Shown in pieces: positions 35,654-45,429 of a DNA stretch of 64,000 nt (position 1 is the stretch's first letter; each line of letters starts with the position of its first letter). The translations under genes and the position numbers were made by a program. The notes below the pieces were generated by a model. It did no database searches. It was not told the origin of the DNA and saw nothing but the letters and a program-made list of their open reading frames with translations. The stretch spans positions 1,906-65,905 of IMG/VR virus record IMGVR_UViG_3300032236_000727; one strand, written 5' to 3'. The DNA comes from a virus (taxonomy: Duplodnaviria; Caudoviricetes).

Positions 35654-37375
35654 TTACGCTTTCGCCTTTTTATTTGCATCTAATAAATACGCCAATGGAC
35701 CTTTGCTATCTGGTTCTAGCTCAGTACCATTTTCTTGTTTGTGTTTACGTATAGTAGTTAAAAATTGATCTAATACACTAGCACCAGCGTTATTGCTGCC
35801 ATTTCCTAATTTTGCAACAACGTCAGCTGGTATAACAAACTCACCATCAGCTAATTTAGCATTTACAGAGTCACTTGTTCCGTCGCCGTCACCTTGAACA
35901 TAATGATTATTCATAGACTCTAAACCTCCAACACTATAAAATTGTGGCTCTTCTTCAAATTCACCACCATCAGCAAATTTTTGTTTTTCTGGAAGGGCGT
36001 ATGTCTGTGGTGCTGCAGCTGTTGGTGCTCCCATCAATGTAAAGTTAACATTGCCTTTAGTTAAATCTGGTGTAAGGTTTGGAATATTAGTTATGTTTGA
36101 AGTATTACCAGCCGTGTAATTTAACCCAAATGGATTGGCAGTTGTTTTTAATCCTGCGCCAGATCCTGTGCCAAAAGCACCTGTGCTGGCGCCACCAGTT
36201 AAACCACCAATTAATTTAGATAGTGGAATACCATATTTTAATAAGTCAGCGGCTGTCAATCCTGCGCCAGCGGTAGCCGCAGCATCTGCTGCTGCAATAG
36301 CTTCAGCATTGTTTAAACCTGTATAGCCCAACTCACCGTAAGTTGGTCCCATTTGACCAGCTTCTAAACCTGTATAACCTAATTCTTGATAAGTTGGCCC
36401 CATTAAACCACTTGTAGTGGCACCTGTTGCAGCAGGCGTATAGCCTAATTCTGCGTAAGTTGGACCCATTGCTTCGGCAGCTCCTAGTCCAGTTTCACCA
36501 AGTAAACCAGGTAAAAATTCTGCTGCTGCGGCACCACCAGCCATTGCTAACGGAAGCATCCAACCATTGTTAACTAAAAAATCACCGAGGCCGCCAGAGC
36601 TTTGTTCGCGGTATACTGGGTTGGTAGTAAGCGCTTTAGTTTGCGGGTTTATTTGGTATTCATAAGCATTTGTAATCGGAACCTGAACACCGTTAATTGT
36701 TTGAGTTTGTGCTAATGGACCAGTAGCTAAATACTGTTGTCCACCATAACCAGAACGAATAGCATCTGGGTGAGCAGCGTATTGTTGTTGATACCAAGAT
36801 GGTCCTGGTGTATAACCCACTGGATTACCACTCGAATCAACAGTAACAGTGCCGCCACTAGAATCTTTATATTGATAACCAGTTGAATCAGATTCCCCGC
36901 TTGCAAAAGTAGGACCAACATATTGCATATTATTATATGCGCTTGTAGTACCAGCTAGTGGATTGTTTGCTTGACTAAGTGAAGCTAAACCAGAAAACTG
37001 TGCTTGCGGATTAGATGCTGCATAATTTTTACCTTCTTGGGAGCTGGCAATTTGTTGTGCAATTTGTGTTGGATCTGCGCCGCCAGCAATCGCATCAATC
37101 CAACCTTGAGCACCGGCATCAGGCGCACGACCTAATACACTTTGATAAATTTGAGCTACTTGAGAACTAGGATCAGATGAAGGTGCTGGAGCTGGTGAGC
37201 CACCGCCACCACCACCGCCACTATCTCCAGAGTGTGATGCTTGGTATTCTGGACTACCAGTAATACCAGCAATAACTGCAGACGGATCTTGACCAGACCA
37301 TGTGGCGAGGCCACTTGGATCAGGAGCTCGACCTAAGTACTCTTGGTACAGTTGCGCTAGTTGGTTCTCATCCAT
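35654..37375 (-). CDS. Internal virion protein with DUF4214-like repeats and a C-terminal GDGTSDS..LADGEFV domain
   Basis: Two LY..LGRAPD repeats; GPTYxELGY x3; FADGG. Confidence 0.65.
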   Translation of the reverse strand: MDENQLAQLYQEYLGRAPDPSGLATWSGQDPSAVIAGITGSPEYQASHSGDSGGGGGGGSPAPAPSSDPSSQVAQIYQSVLGRAPDAGAQGWIDAIAGGADPTQIAQQIASSQEGKNYAASNPQAQFSGLASLSQANNPLAGTTSAYNNMQYVGPTFASGESDSTGYQYKDSSGGTVTVDSSGNPVGYTPGPSWYQQQYAAHPDAIRSGYGGQQYLATGPLAQTQTINGVQVPITNAYEYQINPQTKALTTNPVYREQSSGGLGDFLVNNGWMLPLAMAGGAAAAEFLPGLLGETGLGAAEAMGPTYAELGYTPAATGATTSGLMGPTYQELGYTGLEAGQMGPTYGELGYTGLNNAEAIAAADAAATAGAGLTAADLLKYGIPLSKLIGGLTGGASTGAFGTGSGAGLKTTANPFGLNYTAGNTSNITNIPNLTPDLTKGNVNFTLMGAPTAAAPQTYALPEKQKFADGGEFEEEPQFYSVGGLESMNNHYVQGDGDGTSDSVNAKLADGEFVIPADVVAKLGNGSNNAGASVLDQFLTTIRKHKQENGTELEPDSKGPLAYLLDANKKAKA

Positions 37376-37419
37376 ATTACAGTTAAGCTATCTAAATTAG
37401 GTTAAGTTCTTCTATATAC

Positions 37420-37449
37420 AATAATGCAAAAATAAAGGGGTCGGCGCCC
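37420..37449 (-). promoter_or_regulatory. Phage late-class promoter GGGCG-N16-TGCATTATT
   Basis: Motif match upstream of the ejection-protein operon. Confidence 0.75.
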
Positions 37450-37452
37450 CAA

Positions 37453-37704
37453 TTATTTGCTTGGACCGTTGATTATTAAGGTAAATTCGTTAGCCCAGTC
37501 CTGCCAACTCCCGTAGGTGCTAGGGTCAGGAATAGGGTAAACAGCAAACGCTTCTGAGTTAAGAAGGTTAAATGCCCCTTGTTGCCAATTCTCTTCGGAG
37601 ACAAACTCAATGTTCTTTTGGCCGTAGTAAATAGCCAAATTACCGTTCCAATCTTCCCAGCTCATATAGTCTGGAAGACAAGGAAAAAACTGTTGAAAAC
37701 TCAT
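37453..37704 (-). CDS. Small tail-associated protein
   Basis: 83 aa directly after the nozzle-like gene. Confidence 0.6.
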   Translation of the reverse strand: MSFQQFFPCLPDYMSWEDWNGNLAIYYGQKNIEFVSEENWQQGAFNLLNSEAFAVYPIPDPSTYGSWQDWANEFTLIINGPSK

Positions 37705-39852
37705 TTAAGGCCTTTCGTCCCCAAACTCAGCCGTTATCAAATTACGCCCCATTTCAAAGTTACCGTCAATCTCATTAGATTCAAACTTTAAACGAACTAA
37801 ACGGTGTTCAACACGTAGGTCAATTTTACCAGTTTCTTGAGTAAAATAATAAGGACCAGAGTTCTCTTCATTTTGACCACCAGCAAACTTACGACCTAAA
37901 ATGGTCAATGCCATAGTGCCAGATTGTATAAAGTTTGGTTCAATACGACGTAGGTGCATACGGCGGTTTACACCGACTAAATTATCACCAGATGGGCTAC
38001 CAGTTAACCAGCTAATATCACTGGTTGTAATGCTAGAATAAATAGCCTCTTCAGTACCCAGTGTGACCATATTAAGTCCAAACTCATGCTGCCAAATTGC
38101 ATAACCACCAGTCACATTGTACACTGTTTGACCAACGTTAGCACTTGGAGAAATCACTTTATCAACAGTAACCAAAGTAACACCTGGTGTACCAATAGTC
38201 GTATTAAAGATGTTTTGGCTAGCAGTAATTCGATAAACAGTATCTTGTGGAACCGTTGAAAATGACACATAATCACCAGGGCTAAATAGTGGTGTTAAGT
38301 CACCCGCAACATAAAACTGTTTTGATGTGGGCGCTGGCAAACTAACTGGATGCGCAATCACATAATTAGGTTGGTTATACATAGGGTTGTATTCCCAACC
38401 AGCCCAAATAGGCGTTGGAAACAGCTCAGTAGTATAACCACAAGAACGGCGTGCACCTACTGCGGAGCCAGCATCATACCAAAGTTTATCTTTGACGTTG
38501 TAGATAATAGCATCAGTACATTCTGTTGCTGTACCGCGGGGATAAAAGAACCAAATCTCGTTATACCTTGGAATCTTAGTAGCCCAAACTTTTTGTCTTT
38601 GTTCATAATTGATATTGTTAAATAACCAATTAATATTTTTATCGTTTGGTAAAACTTGGACGTTACCGTTGTACAAATAGAAACGGTCAACACCCATCCA
38701 GAAAAAGATACCATCCATCTCAACAACTGCATTGGAAGACATGATAGAGATTTGGCTTGAAACAATATCATAGTTCCAATAAAACTGAGTTGCTTGTGAA
38801 TTAAAGGAAACACGAATAAGTGAGTCAGTAGCCCAAAACAAACCTGATGGAGAGGCAGTGCCTCCGCGCATTGGCATACCCTTAACAATCTTAGAGCTCG
38901 ACACGTTTACTTGGTTGGCTAATGGGCCGTTCCAATCATAAAAGTTTTGATTGGTGTACGTAGCATCTACGTTGTTATTGGCAAGAAAACCGTGTGAGCC
39001 ATATACAAAAATAAATGGATACAATACACACACCCCACCATCAACACTAATTGGTTTATAGGTAGGGTTTTGACCTTGGCTATCGCACAGGCCAGAAAAG
39101 AAGTACGTGTTGTTTGAATCTGGTGTTACGTTACCTGCTAATACTTGAGTCGTTACACCGTTGTCAATATTGACCAGGTTTAAACCAGGGTGTGCAAAAC
39201 AAGACAACGCTCCACCTTGTGGGCTAAATTGCGCGTCAAACTGCCAGTCATTCCGATATGGGCCATTTACTGGATCAGGTGTAAAGATAGTATCATTTGT
39301 CCAGATCTTGCTAATAGTTCCAGCTGGTGCTGCGGGGGTAAACGTAATGGTAGTTTGACTTGGCCCTGTGGTATGAACCGATGTGGCAATTGTATAAACT
39401 GTTGGTGTGCCAGTTTGACTAAGAATAAAAGTTTTGGTCGGCGCAAAAGTAGTCGTGGCATCACCGGGCACAATCACTTGGGTTGTGGTATTTGATGTTA
39501 CATTAGCAAATACAGAACCACGAAGAAAGTCAACAGTAAATGGACCACTGCCAGAACTAAAAGACGTACCAGTTGTAAAAACATCTAAGGTCTCCGCGTT
39601 ACCGGCAAAAACGTAGTTAACACCGTTATACGGTATGGCAATCATGCCACGGTAAATACCATTAAACGCTGTGAAAATGGTCTTATAACCACCCATCTTT
39701 TTAGGGTCACCACGTTGAAAACGACACCATACACCATCTGTGTATTGGTCGTTTTGAAATACTGTACCGTCGCGTTTAATCCCAGCCGGTATTGCTAGGC
39801 TGTAGATGGATGTATATTGCGAGGTGTCTTGTTGCTGATTATCAGCGGCCAT
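37705..39852 (-). CDS. Tail nozzle / stabilisation protein (P22 gp10-like)
   Basis: 715 aa, beta-rich; RFQRGDPKKMGG, FFWMG..FYLYNG, NEIWFFYP. Confidence 0.65.
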   Translation of the reverse strand: MAADNQQQDTSQYTSIYSLAIPAGIKRDGTVFQNDQYTDGVWCRFQRGDPKKMGGYKTIFTAFNGIYRGMIAIPYNGVNYVFAGNAETLDVFTTGTSFSSGSGPFTVDFLRGSVFANVTSNTTTQVIVPGDATTTFAPTKTFILSQTGTPTVYTIATSVHTTGPSQTTITFTPAAPAGTISKIWTNDTIFTPDPVNGPYRNDWQFDAQFSPQGGALSCFAHPGLNLVNIDNGVTTQVLAGNVTPDSNNTYFFSGLCDSQGQNPTYKPISVDGGVCVLYPFIFVYGSHGFLANNNVDATYTNQNFYDWNGPLANQVNVSSSKIVKGMPMRGGTASPSGLFWATDSLIRVSFNSQATQFYWNYDIVSSQISIMSSNAVVEMDGIFFWMGVDRFYLYNGNVQVLPNDKNINWLFNNINYEQRQKVWATKIPRYNEIWFFYPRGTATECTDAIIYNVKDKLWYDAGSAVGARRSCGYTTELFPTPIWAGWEYNPMYNQPNYVIAHPVSLPAPTSKQFYVAGDLTPLFSPGDYVSFSTVPQDTVYRITASQNIFNTTIGTPGVTLVTVDKVISPSANVGQTVYNVTGGYAIWQHEFGLNMVTLGTEEAIYSSITTSDISWLTGSPSGDNLVGVNRRMHLRRIEPNFIQSGTMALTILGRKFAGGQNEENSGPYYFTQETGKIDLRVEHRLVRLKFESNEIDGNFEMGRNLITAEFGDERP

Positions 39853-41262
39853 TTAAAACGATCCACCAGTTATTAACCCAGCTGTTAAAGTCCCGGTAAT
39901 ATTTGCCGAACCAGCACCTAATGCGTTGGTGATAGTTGCTGAATCAGCGCCTAATGCGTTGGTAATGGTTGCTGAATCAGCGCTTAATGCACCACTAACT
40001 GTTGCTGTAGTAGTATTAATTGTTGGAACATTTAATGTTGCTGCAACTGTTACTAATGGCTGTAATACATTTGAATTATCTATATTGATAATCTCAGTGC
40101 TATTAGCAGACAATCCAAGTACACTAGTACCAACTAGATACATACCTGTGTGGGTATCACCAGTAAATGAATACGATGGTAATCCTGCAGAACCGTTAGA
40201 CGCGTAGAAAATACCTGTTGAGCTTTGAGTTAAAGTGTATAGATTTAAACCATCACTAAGCACAACCACCACACCACCAGCGGCTAATACCAATGGCGGC
40301 TGTGAACTACCAGATACCACAAAGTTAATATTGTAGCCTGTTTGATTAGTATTATTAACCAAAATGTAGATTTGGGTAATGGATGGTAAAGTGACAGTCA
40401 ATGTGGTTGAACGTGAACCAGACTGTGCAATGTATGTTTGAATGATTGGCGCATAAGCTACTAAGCTTAATGTTGAGCCAGGGATACTATCCACATCATA
40501 AGTTGCTGATGTAAAGGTTACATTTGACGGGGCTGTAAAGCCAACGGTAATAAAGTTACCAGTGTTACTATCATAAATAACATAGCCTGAGTCGCCAGGG
40601 TTAGCTGTAATAGTAGCTTGTCCGTTAATGACAGACGGGGAAACTGGAGTAATAGCTAATGCGCCACCACCATTGTTTCTAAAGCCAATATACCAACCAG
40701 ATGATAGGCTACTTGCAACTGGTAGGTTTATTACACCGTTACCAGTGTTCCAGTTAAATGTGGAAGCGCGGCTAAGATCGTTTAATGTTGGTGTAGCTGT
40801 AATGTCAACAACGTTCTGTGTGGTTGCTAGCTGACCAGATACGGTTGTCAAGCCAGCACCTTGCAGTGTTACTGCATCAGCGTATGATGTACCAACTCCA
40901 AAAGCAATGTTAGACCAACTACCACCTAGAGTAGTGTTATTAGTAAGATAGAGATACTTAGCAGCGCCAACAGCAACGGTAATTGATTCAGCTCCAGCCG
41001 CGTCCGTAATAGTGAACGGAAACGCACCCAAATTGCGGAATAGGATGTCTGATCCAACCGCGCCTTGAGTAGCATCAGGTAATAAGATAACAAGACCGCT
41101 AACACTAGCAACGCAATCCATAATGCGGGCTGCAGGAACTTGTGTAGGATTAACGACAGTAGGCCAGTAGAGCTGAGTGTTGGAACTAAAGTTGAGAGCA
41201 TAGTATGATACATCCGTAGGTTGGATGACATTGCCTGTGAAGGGGGAAGTGTATGTTGTCAT
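39853..41262 (-). CDS. Virion structural (tail) protein
   Basis: 469 aa, Thr/Ser/Gly-rich, in the tail operon. Confidence 0.6.
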   Translation of the reverse strand: MTTYTSPFTGNVIQPTDVSYYALNFSSNTQLYWPTVVNPTQVPAARIMDCVASVSGLVILLPDATQGAVGSDILFRNLGAFPFTITDAAGAESITVAVGAAKYLYLTNNTTLGGSWSNIAFGVGTSYADAVTLQGAGLTTVSGQLATTQNVVDITATPTLNDLSRASTFNWNTGNGVINLPVASSLSSGWYIGFRNNGGGALAITPVSPSVINGQATITANPGDSGYVIYDSNTGNFITVGFTAPSNVTFTSATYDVDSIPGSTLSLVAYAPIIQTYIAQSGSRSTTLTVTLPSITQIYILVNNTNQTGYNINFVVSGSSQPPLVLAAGGVVVVLSDGLNLYTLTQSSTGIFYASNGSAGLPSYSFTGDTHTGMYLVGTSVLGLSANSTEIINIDNSNVLQPLVTVAATLNVPTINTTTATVSGALSADSATITNALGADSATITNALGAGSANITGTLTAGLITGGSF

Positions 41263-41265
41263 ATA

Positions 41266-41886
41266 TTATGGCTCTTGTACTGTAGTGTTTCTATCCACAC
41301 GACGAGCGTTATCTTCTTTCTTAAGAGCAGCTAGTGCGTCTGTGTAATAAGATTTCCACACAGGAAGCTTGTCAAGAGCTTTGAGGTAGCCCTGTGCTTG
41401 GAGTAGTGTTCCAAATAACATCGCCTGTGGCGCTTCTCTAGTAAATAGATTTTGCTGATTGGTTGTATCTAACGGCTGAATTTCGCTGTAGTAAATTATT
41501 TCCACTGGCGTTGCTGCAGCAGGTGCTGGTGCAATCGACCAGTTATTGTAGTCATATTCGGCGTAATAAAGAGGTGTTGCTGGTGTAGACTCAGATTGAT
41601 ACTGAGCTACATAATCTTGTGAGCGCATTAAAATAGGTTTGCCGTTTGACTTTAGTGAAACTGTTTTTCTCCAACGCGCTGGCTTAGCTACAACAACTTG
41701 GTTTTGAGCCAGTGTTGTTTCAACAACGGTCAACTGCAAATAGGTTTTAAGTTCAGCAGCAATAGCAGATTCAGCCAAACCAATTAAGCTAGGAATCTGA
41801 GCGACAAACTGCGCGTCATTACGTTCCATGTAATTTTGCACATCGGATACCAAATTGTCGTAGGTCATTACGTATGCGTTGGTCAT
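41266..41886 (-). CDS. Head-tail adaptor-like protein
   Basis: TYDNL...I.LAE...APAP...P..LFGTL..A pattern. Confidence 0.6.
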   Translation of the reverse strand: MTNAYVMTYDNLVSDVQNYMERNDAQFVAQIPSLIGLAESAIAAELKTYLQLTVVETTLAQNQVVVAKPARWRKTVSLKSNGKPILMRSQDYVAQYQSESTPATPLYYAEYDYNNWSIAPAPAAATPVEIIYYSEIQPLDTTNQQNLFTREAPQAMLFGTLLQAQGYLKALDKLPVWKSYYTDALAALKKEDNARRVDRNTTVQEP

Positions 41887-42950
41887 CTTGTGTAGTAACT
41901 GATGTTAGGTTGGAAATAAATCGGCGATTTGTCGCGATCTTCTTCGCTAGCTTGTATAAATGCTTTTTCAGCCTGCATCTCTAAATACTGAACACGCGCC
42001 ATATCTGTGCCAGGTAATTGTAATGATAGGCTATGAGACAATTGTTTTTGGACACAGTTTAGCCAACGATCTGGAACATAAATTTGATTGGTCAACGAGC
42101 CAACGTCTTGCATCTGAACTTCAACAACTAATTGGAACATTTGAAAATCGTTGTTAGGAACTGGCCATAGATACATTGATGGCTCAATTTGTCTGTCAAA
42201 CCAATATTGCAATGAACGTACTGATGGAAACTGTTTGTTTGGTAAGTTCCAGTAATCATCGCGGTTTAAGCGAGCTAATGGAATGACCTGTTGGCTAGTA
42301 GAAAATACAATCTGACGTATTGAGAACGTGGGTAACACGGTCTCACGCAGACGATAGTATTGATAGTTTGGTGTAGTGGAGATATTAAAGTACTTCCACT
42401 CACGATCTTTTAATGTAGTCGCTGGAAACTGTTGGATTAATGTCCAAGTAATTCCATCGTTACTGACTTCATAAGCAAAGTTATAAGTTGTTGTACCACC
42501 ACCAGTAGCATAGCCATTAAAGCCAACATAAAACACCGGGCGTGGCTGTGGGTATGTTAGACCAAAGTAATTCTCACCAACGGTTGATGTAGCAACTTGG
42601 TCTAAATTTTGATCAAATACTGTGGGTGATTGTGCGTTGTCAACTGGAAGATACGCGGATGCAGCTGAGTTAACAATATAGACCCAGTTTGACTCACGTA
42701 CGTCGATAACTGTTTTAGGTAGGACTAGTTGTTGTTGCGCTGTTAAAGCGCCGTAGAGTTGATTTTCTAACAGCCAAAGGTTTACACCACGGTTAGATAA
42801 ATTTTGTAAGTTGTAAAACAAAGCCTGTTTGGCCGCGTTTGTATACTCAGGCGTCATTTCCTCGGCCTGTTTTCCAGCCTCACGAAATGCGTATGAAATT
42901 AGTTGATCAACATTGACTGTTGTCTGACCAGTCGTCCCAGAATAAGCCAA
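41883..42950 (-). CDS. Head-tail adaptor (P22 gp4-like) with an inserted beta domain
   Basis: NRGVNLW, Y..LPNK, LWPVP, EEDRD motifs. Confidence 0.6.
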   Translation of the reverse strand: MAYSGTTGQTTVNVDQLISYAFREAGKQAEEMTPEYTNAAKQALFYNLQNLSNRGVNLWLLENQLYGALTAQQQLVLPKTVIDVRESNWVYIVNSAASAYLPVDNAQSPTVFDQNLDQVATSTVGENYFGLTYPQPRPVFYVGFNGYATGGGTTTYNFAYEVSNDGITWTLIQQFPATTLKDREWKYFNISTTPNYQYYRLRETVLPTFSIRQIVFSTSQQVIPLARLNRDDYWNLPNKQFPSVRSLQYWFDRQIEPSMYLWPVPNNDFQMFQLVVEVQMQDVGSLTNQIYVPDRWLNCVQKQLSHSLSLQLPGTDMARVQYLEMQAEKAFIQASEEDRDKSPIYFQPNISYYTR

Positions 42951-42952
42951 GA

Positions 42953-43120
42953 TTATCTTCCTCGTCCGGCAGATTTTTTCATTACTTTTTGTGGCAGATT
43001 AGGCTTTGCTTTGCCAGCTTTAACAAACTCTTTACCAACCTTTTTAGGGATGCCTAAAGTAGACTTGCCAGCGGCTGCAGCGTACATAGCCTTCATTTGA
43101 TCTTTACTGGTCATTGGCAT
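42953..43120 (-). CDS. Small basic virion-associated protein
   Basis: [13 protein letters not shown]...[13 protein letters not shown]. Confidence 0.6.
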   Translation of the reverse strand: MPMTSKDQMKAMYAAAAGKSTLGIPKKVGKEFVKAGKAKPNLPQKVMKKSAGRGR

Positions 43121-43121
43121 A

Positions 43122-43643
43122 TTACTTTGCCTTTCCGCCAAGCATCTTGGCAAGTTTAGAACCTGATTGTGCTTGCTTATCTAAATTTTCTTGAGCGACT
43201 TTGTTTTGCTCTGGTGTACCAAGAATGTTGTTCTTAATATCTGTACCAACAGATTTAACAGTATCTAAAAAACTGCCACCAGCTGCATACTTACCACCCA
43301 TGCAGAGTTTAGTAGCTTTAATCTTTTTGGTCTTTTCAATGTTGTCTAAATCACCAGCTTTTTTCTTGGCACCATAAACATTATCTACAGAGCCACCAGC
43401 TTTAAATTTTTTAACTGTGCCTACAGACTTTTTCGCACGACCGCCCTTTTTAAGTTTGGATAGGTCTGTGTGCTCACCCTTGTGTTCCTGTTCGTCATGG
43501 ATACGGATAGCCTTTTTGACAATAGCCTTATCCTGTGCAATATCAGCAGAGTTTGTCTTTTCTACAGATTTGCGTGATTTGTATTTAACAGCGCCGCCCT
43601 CTTTGTAGCAGCCCATTTTAGGATTTGATTTAAAATCTTCCAC
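43122..43643 (-). CDS. Basic internal protein with repeated xKxGG/YAAGG motifs
   Basis: YKEGG, LKKGG, FKAGG, LCMGG, YAAGG. Confidence 0.65.
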   Translation of the reverse strand: MEDFKSNPKMGCYKEGGAVKYKSRKSVEKTNSADIAQDKAIVKKAIRIHDEQEHKGEHTDLSKLKKGGRAKKSVGTVKKFKAGGSVDNVYGAKKKAGDLDNIEKTKKIKATKLCMGGKYAAGGSFLDTVKSVGTDIKNNILGTPEQNKVAQENLDKQAQSGSKLAKMLGGKAK

Positions 43644-43644
43644 T

Positions 43645-44181
43645 TCACTTCCCCTTTTGATAACTTATAACATCATTTACTAATTGTATGAGATGTTCAA
43701 TTCCATGTGAGCCTAACGCACAATTTAATGATGTAACTATTATGCGACAATTATTTTTAGTATATCCTAAATTTGAATCTATTCTATCAATCGAAGGAGA
43801 ATCCGGGTGGGTTTTGTGATTTCCTAATTGAGTAAAATTAAATTTTCTTCCGCTTAATTCACAAGTTTCTTCTTCTAACTTTTTTAAAACCCAATCCAGT
43901 GTTAAATCAAATTCTCTATTATATTTTGAAGATCTGTATTTTGCTTTATTTAAAAGTGCTTTTGCGCGGCCAAGTATAGTTTTTCTTGATTTTGCTTGAG
44001 CTTCTTTAGTTAAAATTTTATGTAATTCTTTTTTGTTTTTAAATTTTAAAGGACTTAACCATGTTTCATGGGTAAATCCATCTTTTTTAATTGGTGGTGT
44101 ATACCCCCAAAATAAAAAACCATCTTTTCGTATTTTACCTCTAACAAAAGGTTTCCCGGTATCCGGGTCTAATCTTTTCAT
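43645..44181 (-). CDS. HNH-type homing endonuclease-like protein
   Basis: CELSG...PSIDRIDSNLGYTKNNC; AT-rich; likely ATG at 44181 after a GGAG RBS. Confidence 0.75.
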   Translation of the reverse strand: MKRLDPDTGKPFVRGKIRKDGFLFWGYTPPIKKDGFTHETWLSPLKFKNKKELHKILTKEAQAKSRKTILGRAKALLNKAKYRSSKYNREFDLTLDWVLKKLEEETCELSGRKFNFTQLGNHKTHPDSPSIDRIDSNLGYTKNNCRIIVTSLNCALGSHGIEHLIQLVNDVISYQKGK

Positions 44182-44263
44182 TTTTAACTCCACAGTAGTT
44201 TAATATGTGGAAGCTAGTTTGGTTCTGTGGTCCAAACAGGAGCTGCAGGCTCTGTTCACTTCC
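44182..44263 (-). ncRNA. Structured leader RNA with an RBS-sequestering pseudoknot, copy 2
   Basis: Same architecture as 21820-21899 with compensatory changes. Confidence 0.7.
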
Positions 44264-44270
44264 TATATAC

Positions 44271-44300
44271 AATAATGCACAAAATCAAGGATTTACGCCC
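44271..44300 (-). promoter_or_regulatory. Phage late-class promoter GGGCG-N16-TGCATTATT
   Basis: Motif match; overlaps the TAG stop of the lysozyme gene. Confidence 0.75.
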
Positions 44301-44821
44301 TAAATACCGCTTAAAAATAGCTCTTTTTCACGTTTTCTACGAGGAAGCAATTCTGGTTGTTTTGACCACATAAGGATAGCTTCTGCGGCGCCTTTAATGT
44401 CATTATTATTGATTCTTTTTACTACAGTGGAGTTTTTAAATGCTGTTGATCCAATGTTATAACATAAGCTGTATAAAGCGTCGTATTGGTTCTGGCTAAG
44501 GGGTACCCTCACCGAACTCTCTACGGCCTCGCTACACCACTTTAAATCGCTTCTAAGGAGCTCTTCTACCTGCTCGTCTGTCAGGGTGGCTGTAATAAGG
44601 TGCTTTTCGTTTTCCTTGATTAAGTGCCCGACTCCAATGCTCCATAATCCACGAGTGTCCTTGTAGGCCTTGTTTCTAGCACCCTCTTCTTTGGTGATGT
44701 ACTCTAAGGTCGATTTGGCGATTGCCATAATGTTTTCCTCAATGTGGGTAAAACGGTCTGTTAGGTGGATTACTGCAAATATTCCTAACAGCCATAATGC
44801 TACAGCGACTACTTTTTTCAT
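44300..44821 (-). CDS. Endolysin, GH24 lysozyme with an N-terminal TM (SAR-like)
   Basis: EEG...AYKD..G.WSIGVGH, QNQYDAL.SL.YNIG, RR.RE..LF. Confidence 0.88.
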   Translation of the reverse strand: MKKVVAVALWLLGIFAVIHLTDRFTHIEENIMAIAKSTLEYITKEEGARNKAYKDTRGLWSIGVGHLIKENEKHLITATLTDEQVEELLRSDLKWCSEAVESSVRVPLSQNQYDALYSLCYNIGSTAFKNSTVVKRINNNDIKGAAEAILMWSKQPELLPRRKREKELFLSGI

Positions 44822-44845
44822 TTTTACTCCTTACTCTGCGTATAC

Positions 44846-44854
44846 AATAATACA
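44846..44854 (-). promoter_or_regulatory. Phage promoter box TGTATTATT (no GGGCG)
   Basis: Upstream of the endolysin RBS. Confidence 0.55.
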
Positions 44855-44866
44855 CAAATTGGGGTG

Positions 44867-45019
44867 TTACTTATCTTTTTTGTTCCAAAGGTCAAATAGT
44901 ACTTTGACTTTTTCTTCCAAAACAGCGACTCGGTTGTCTGTCTTGGCAAGTACAATAACAAGTGATACAAAGGCTAGTAAAAGCGGCCATATTTTAGCCA
45001 AAATGTCTAAGGTGTCCAT
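44867..45019 (-). CDS. Small single-TM protein (holin/antiholin-like)
   Basis: 50 aa, MDTLDILAKIWPLLLAFVSLVIVL..., in the lysis cassette. Confidence 0.55.
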   Translation of the reverse strand: MDTLDILAKIWPLLLAFVSLVIVLAKTDNRVAVLEEKVKVLFDLWNKKDK

Positions 45020-45429
45020 TATTTTCTCAACGCGTCGTACTGGTCGTAGCAGGCTGCAAGTCCTTCGCGGATGATGTCTGCTCGGGCAGCTTCCCGCTCA
45101 AGAAACTCTGCATCTTCGGCAAAAAGGGATCGCCCAGTTCTACTTTGTCCATTACTGGCACTGTCGGTACGACTGGGACGGCCACGCAGCTGCACAAGAG
45201 CATTGTTGAGCTGAGAATTAATGCTAGAGATTTTCTCATTCTTTTTCTTCCTTATTTCGTCGGTGGCTGTTTGATATTGTTCTTGGAGCTTTTGCGTTTG
45301 CGCCAATTGTTCAGCTTTGTAACGATCAAATCGAGCGGACTCCAAAGCGTAACCAGTATAGCCAGCGCTAAGTAAAAGAAAACAAGCAATTCCAATTTTG
45401 GCATAATTAATTATAGAGAGAGGAAACAT
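45019..45429 (-). CDS. Inner-membrane spanin (Rz-like)
   Basis: N-terminal TM, coiled coil and C-terminal Cys. Confidence 0.7.
   Translation of the reverse strand: MFPLSIINYAKIGIACFLLLSAGYTGYALESARFDRYKAEQLAQTQKLQEQYQTATDEIRKKKNEKISSINSQLNNALVQLRGRPSRTDSASNGQSRTGRSLFAEDAEFLEREAARADIIREGLAACYDQYDALRK
45027..45239 (-). CDS. Outer-membrane spanin (Rz1-like), nested
   Basis: Embedded in the Rz-like gene in another frame; lipobox-like LCSC followed by a Pro-rich segment. Confidence 0.6.
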   Translation of the reverse strand: MRKSLALILSSTMLLCSCVAVPVVPTVPVMDKVELGDPFLPKMQSFLSGKLPEQTSSAKDLQPATTSTTR

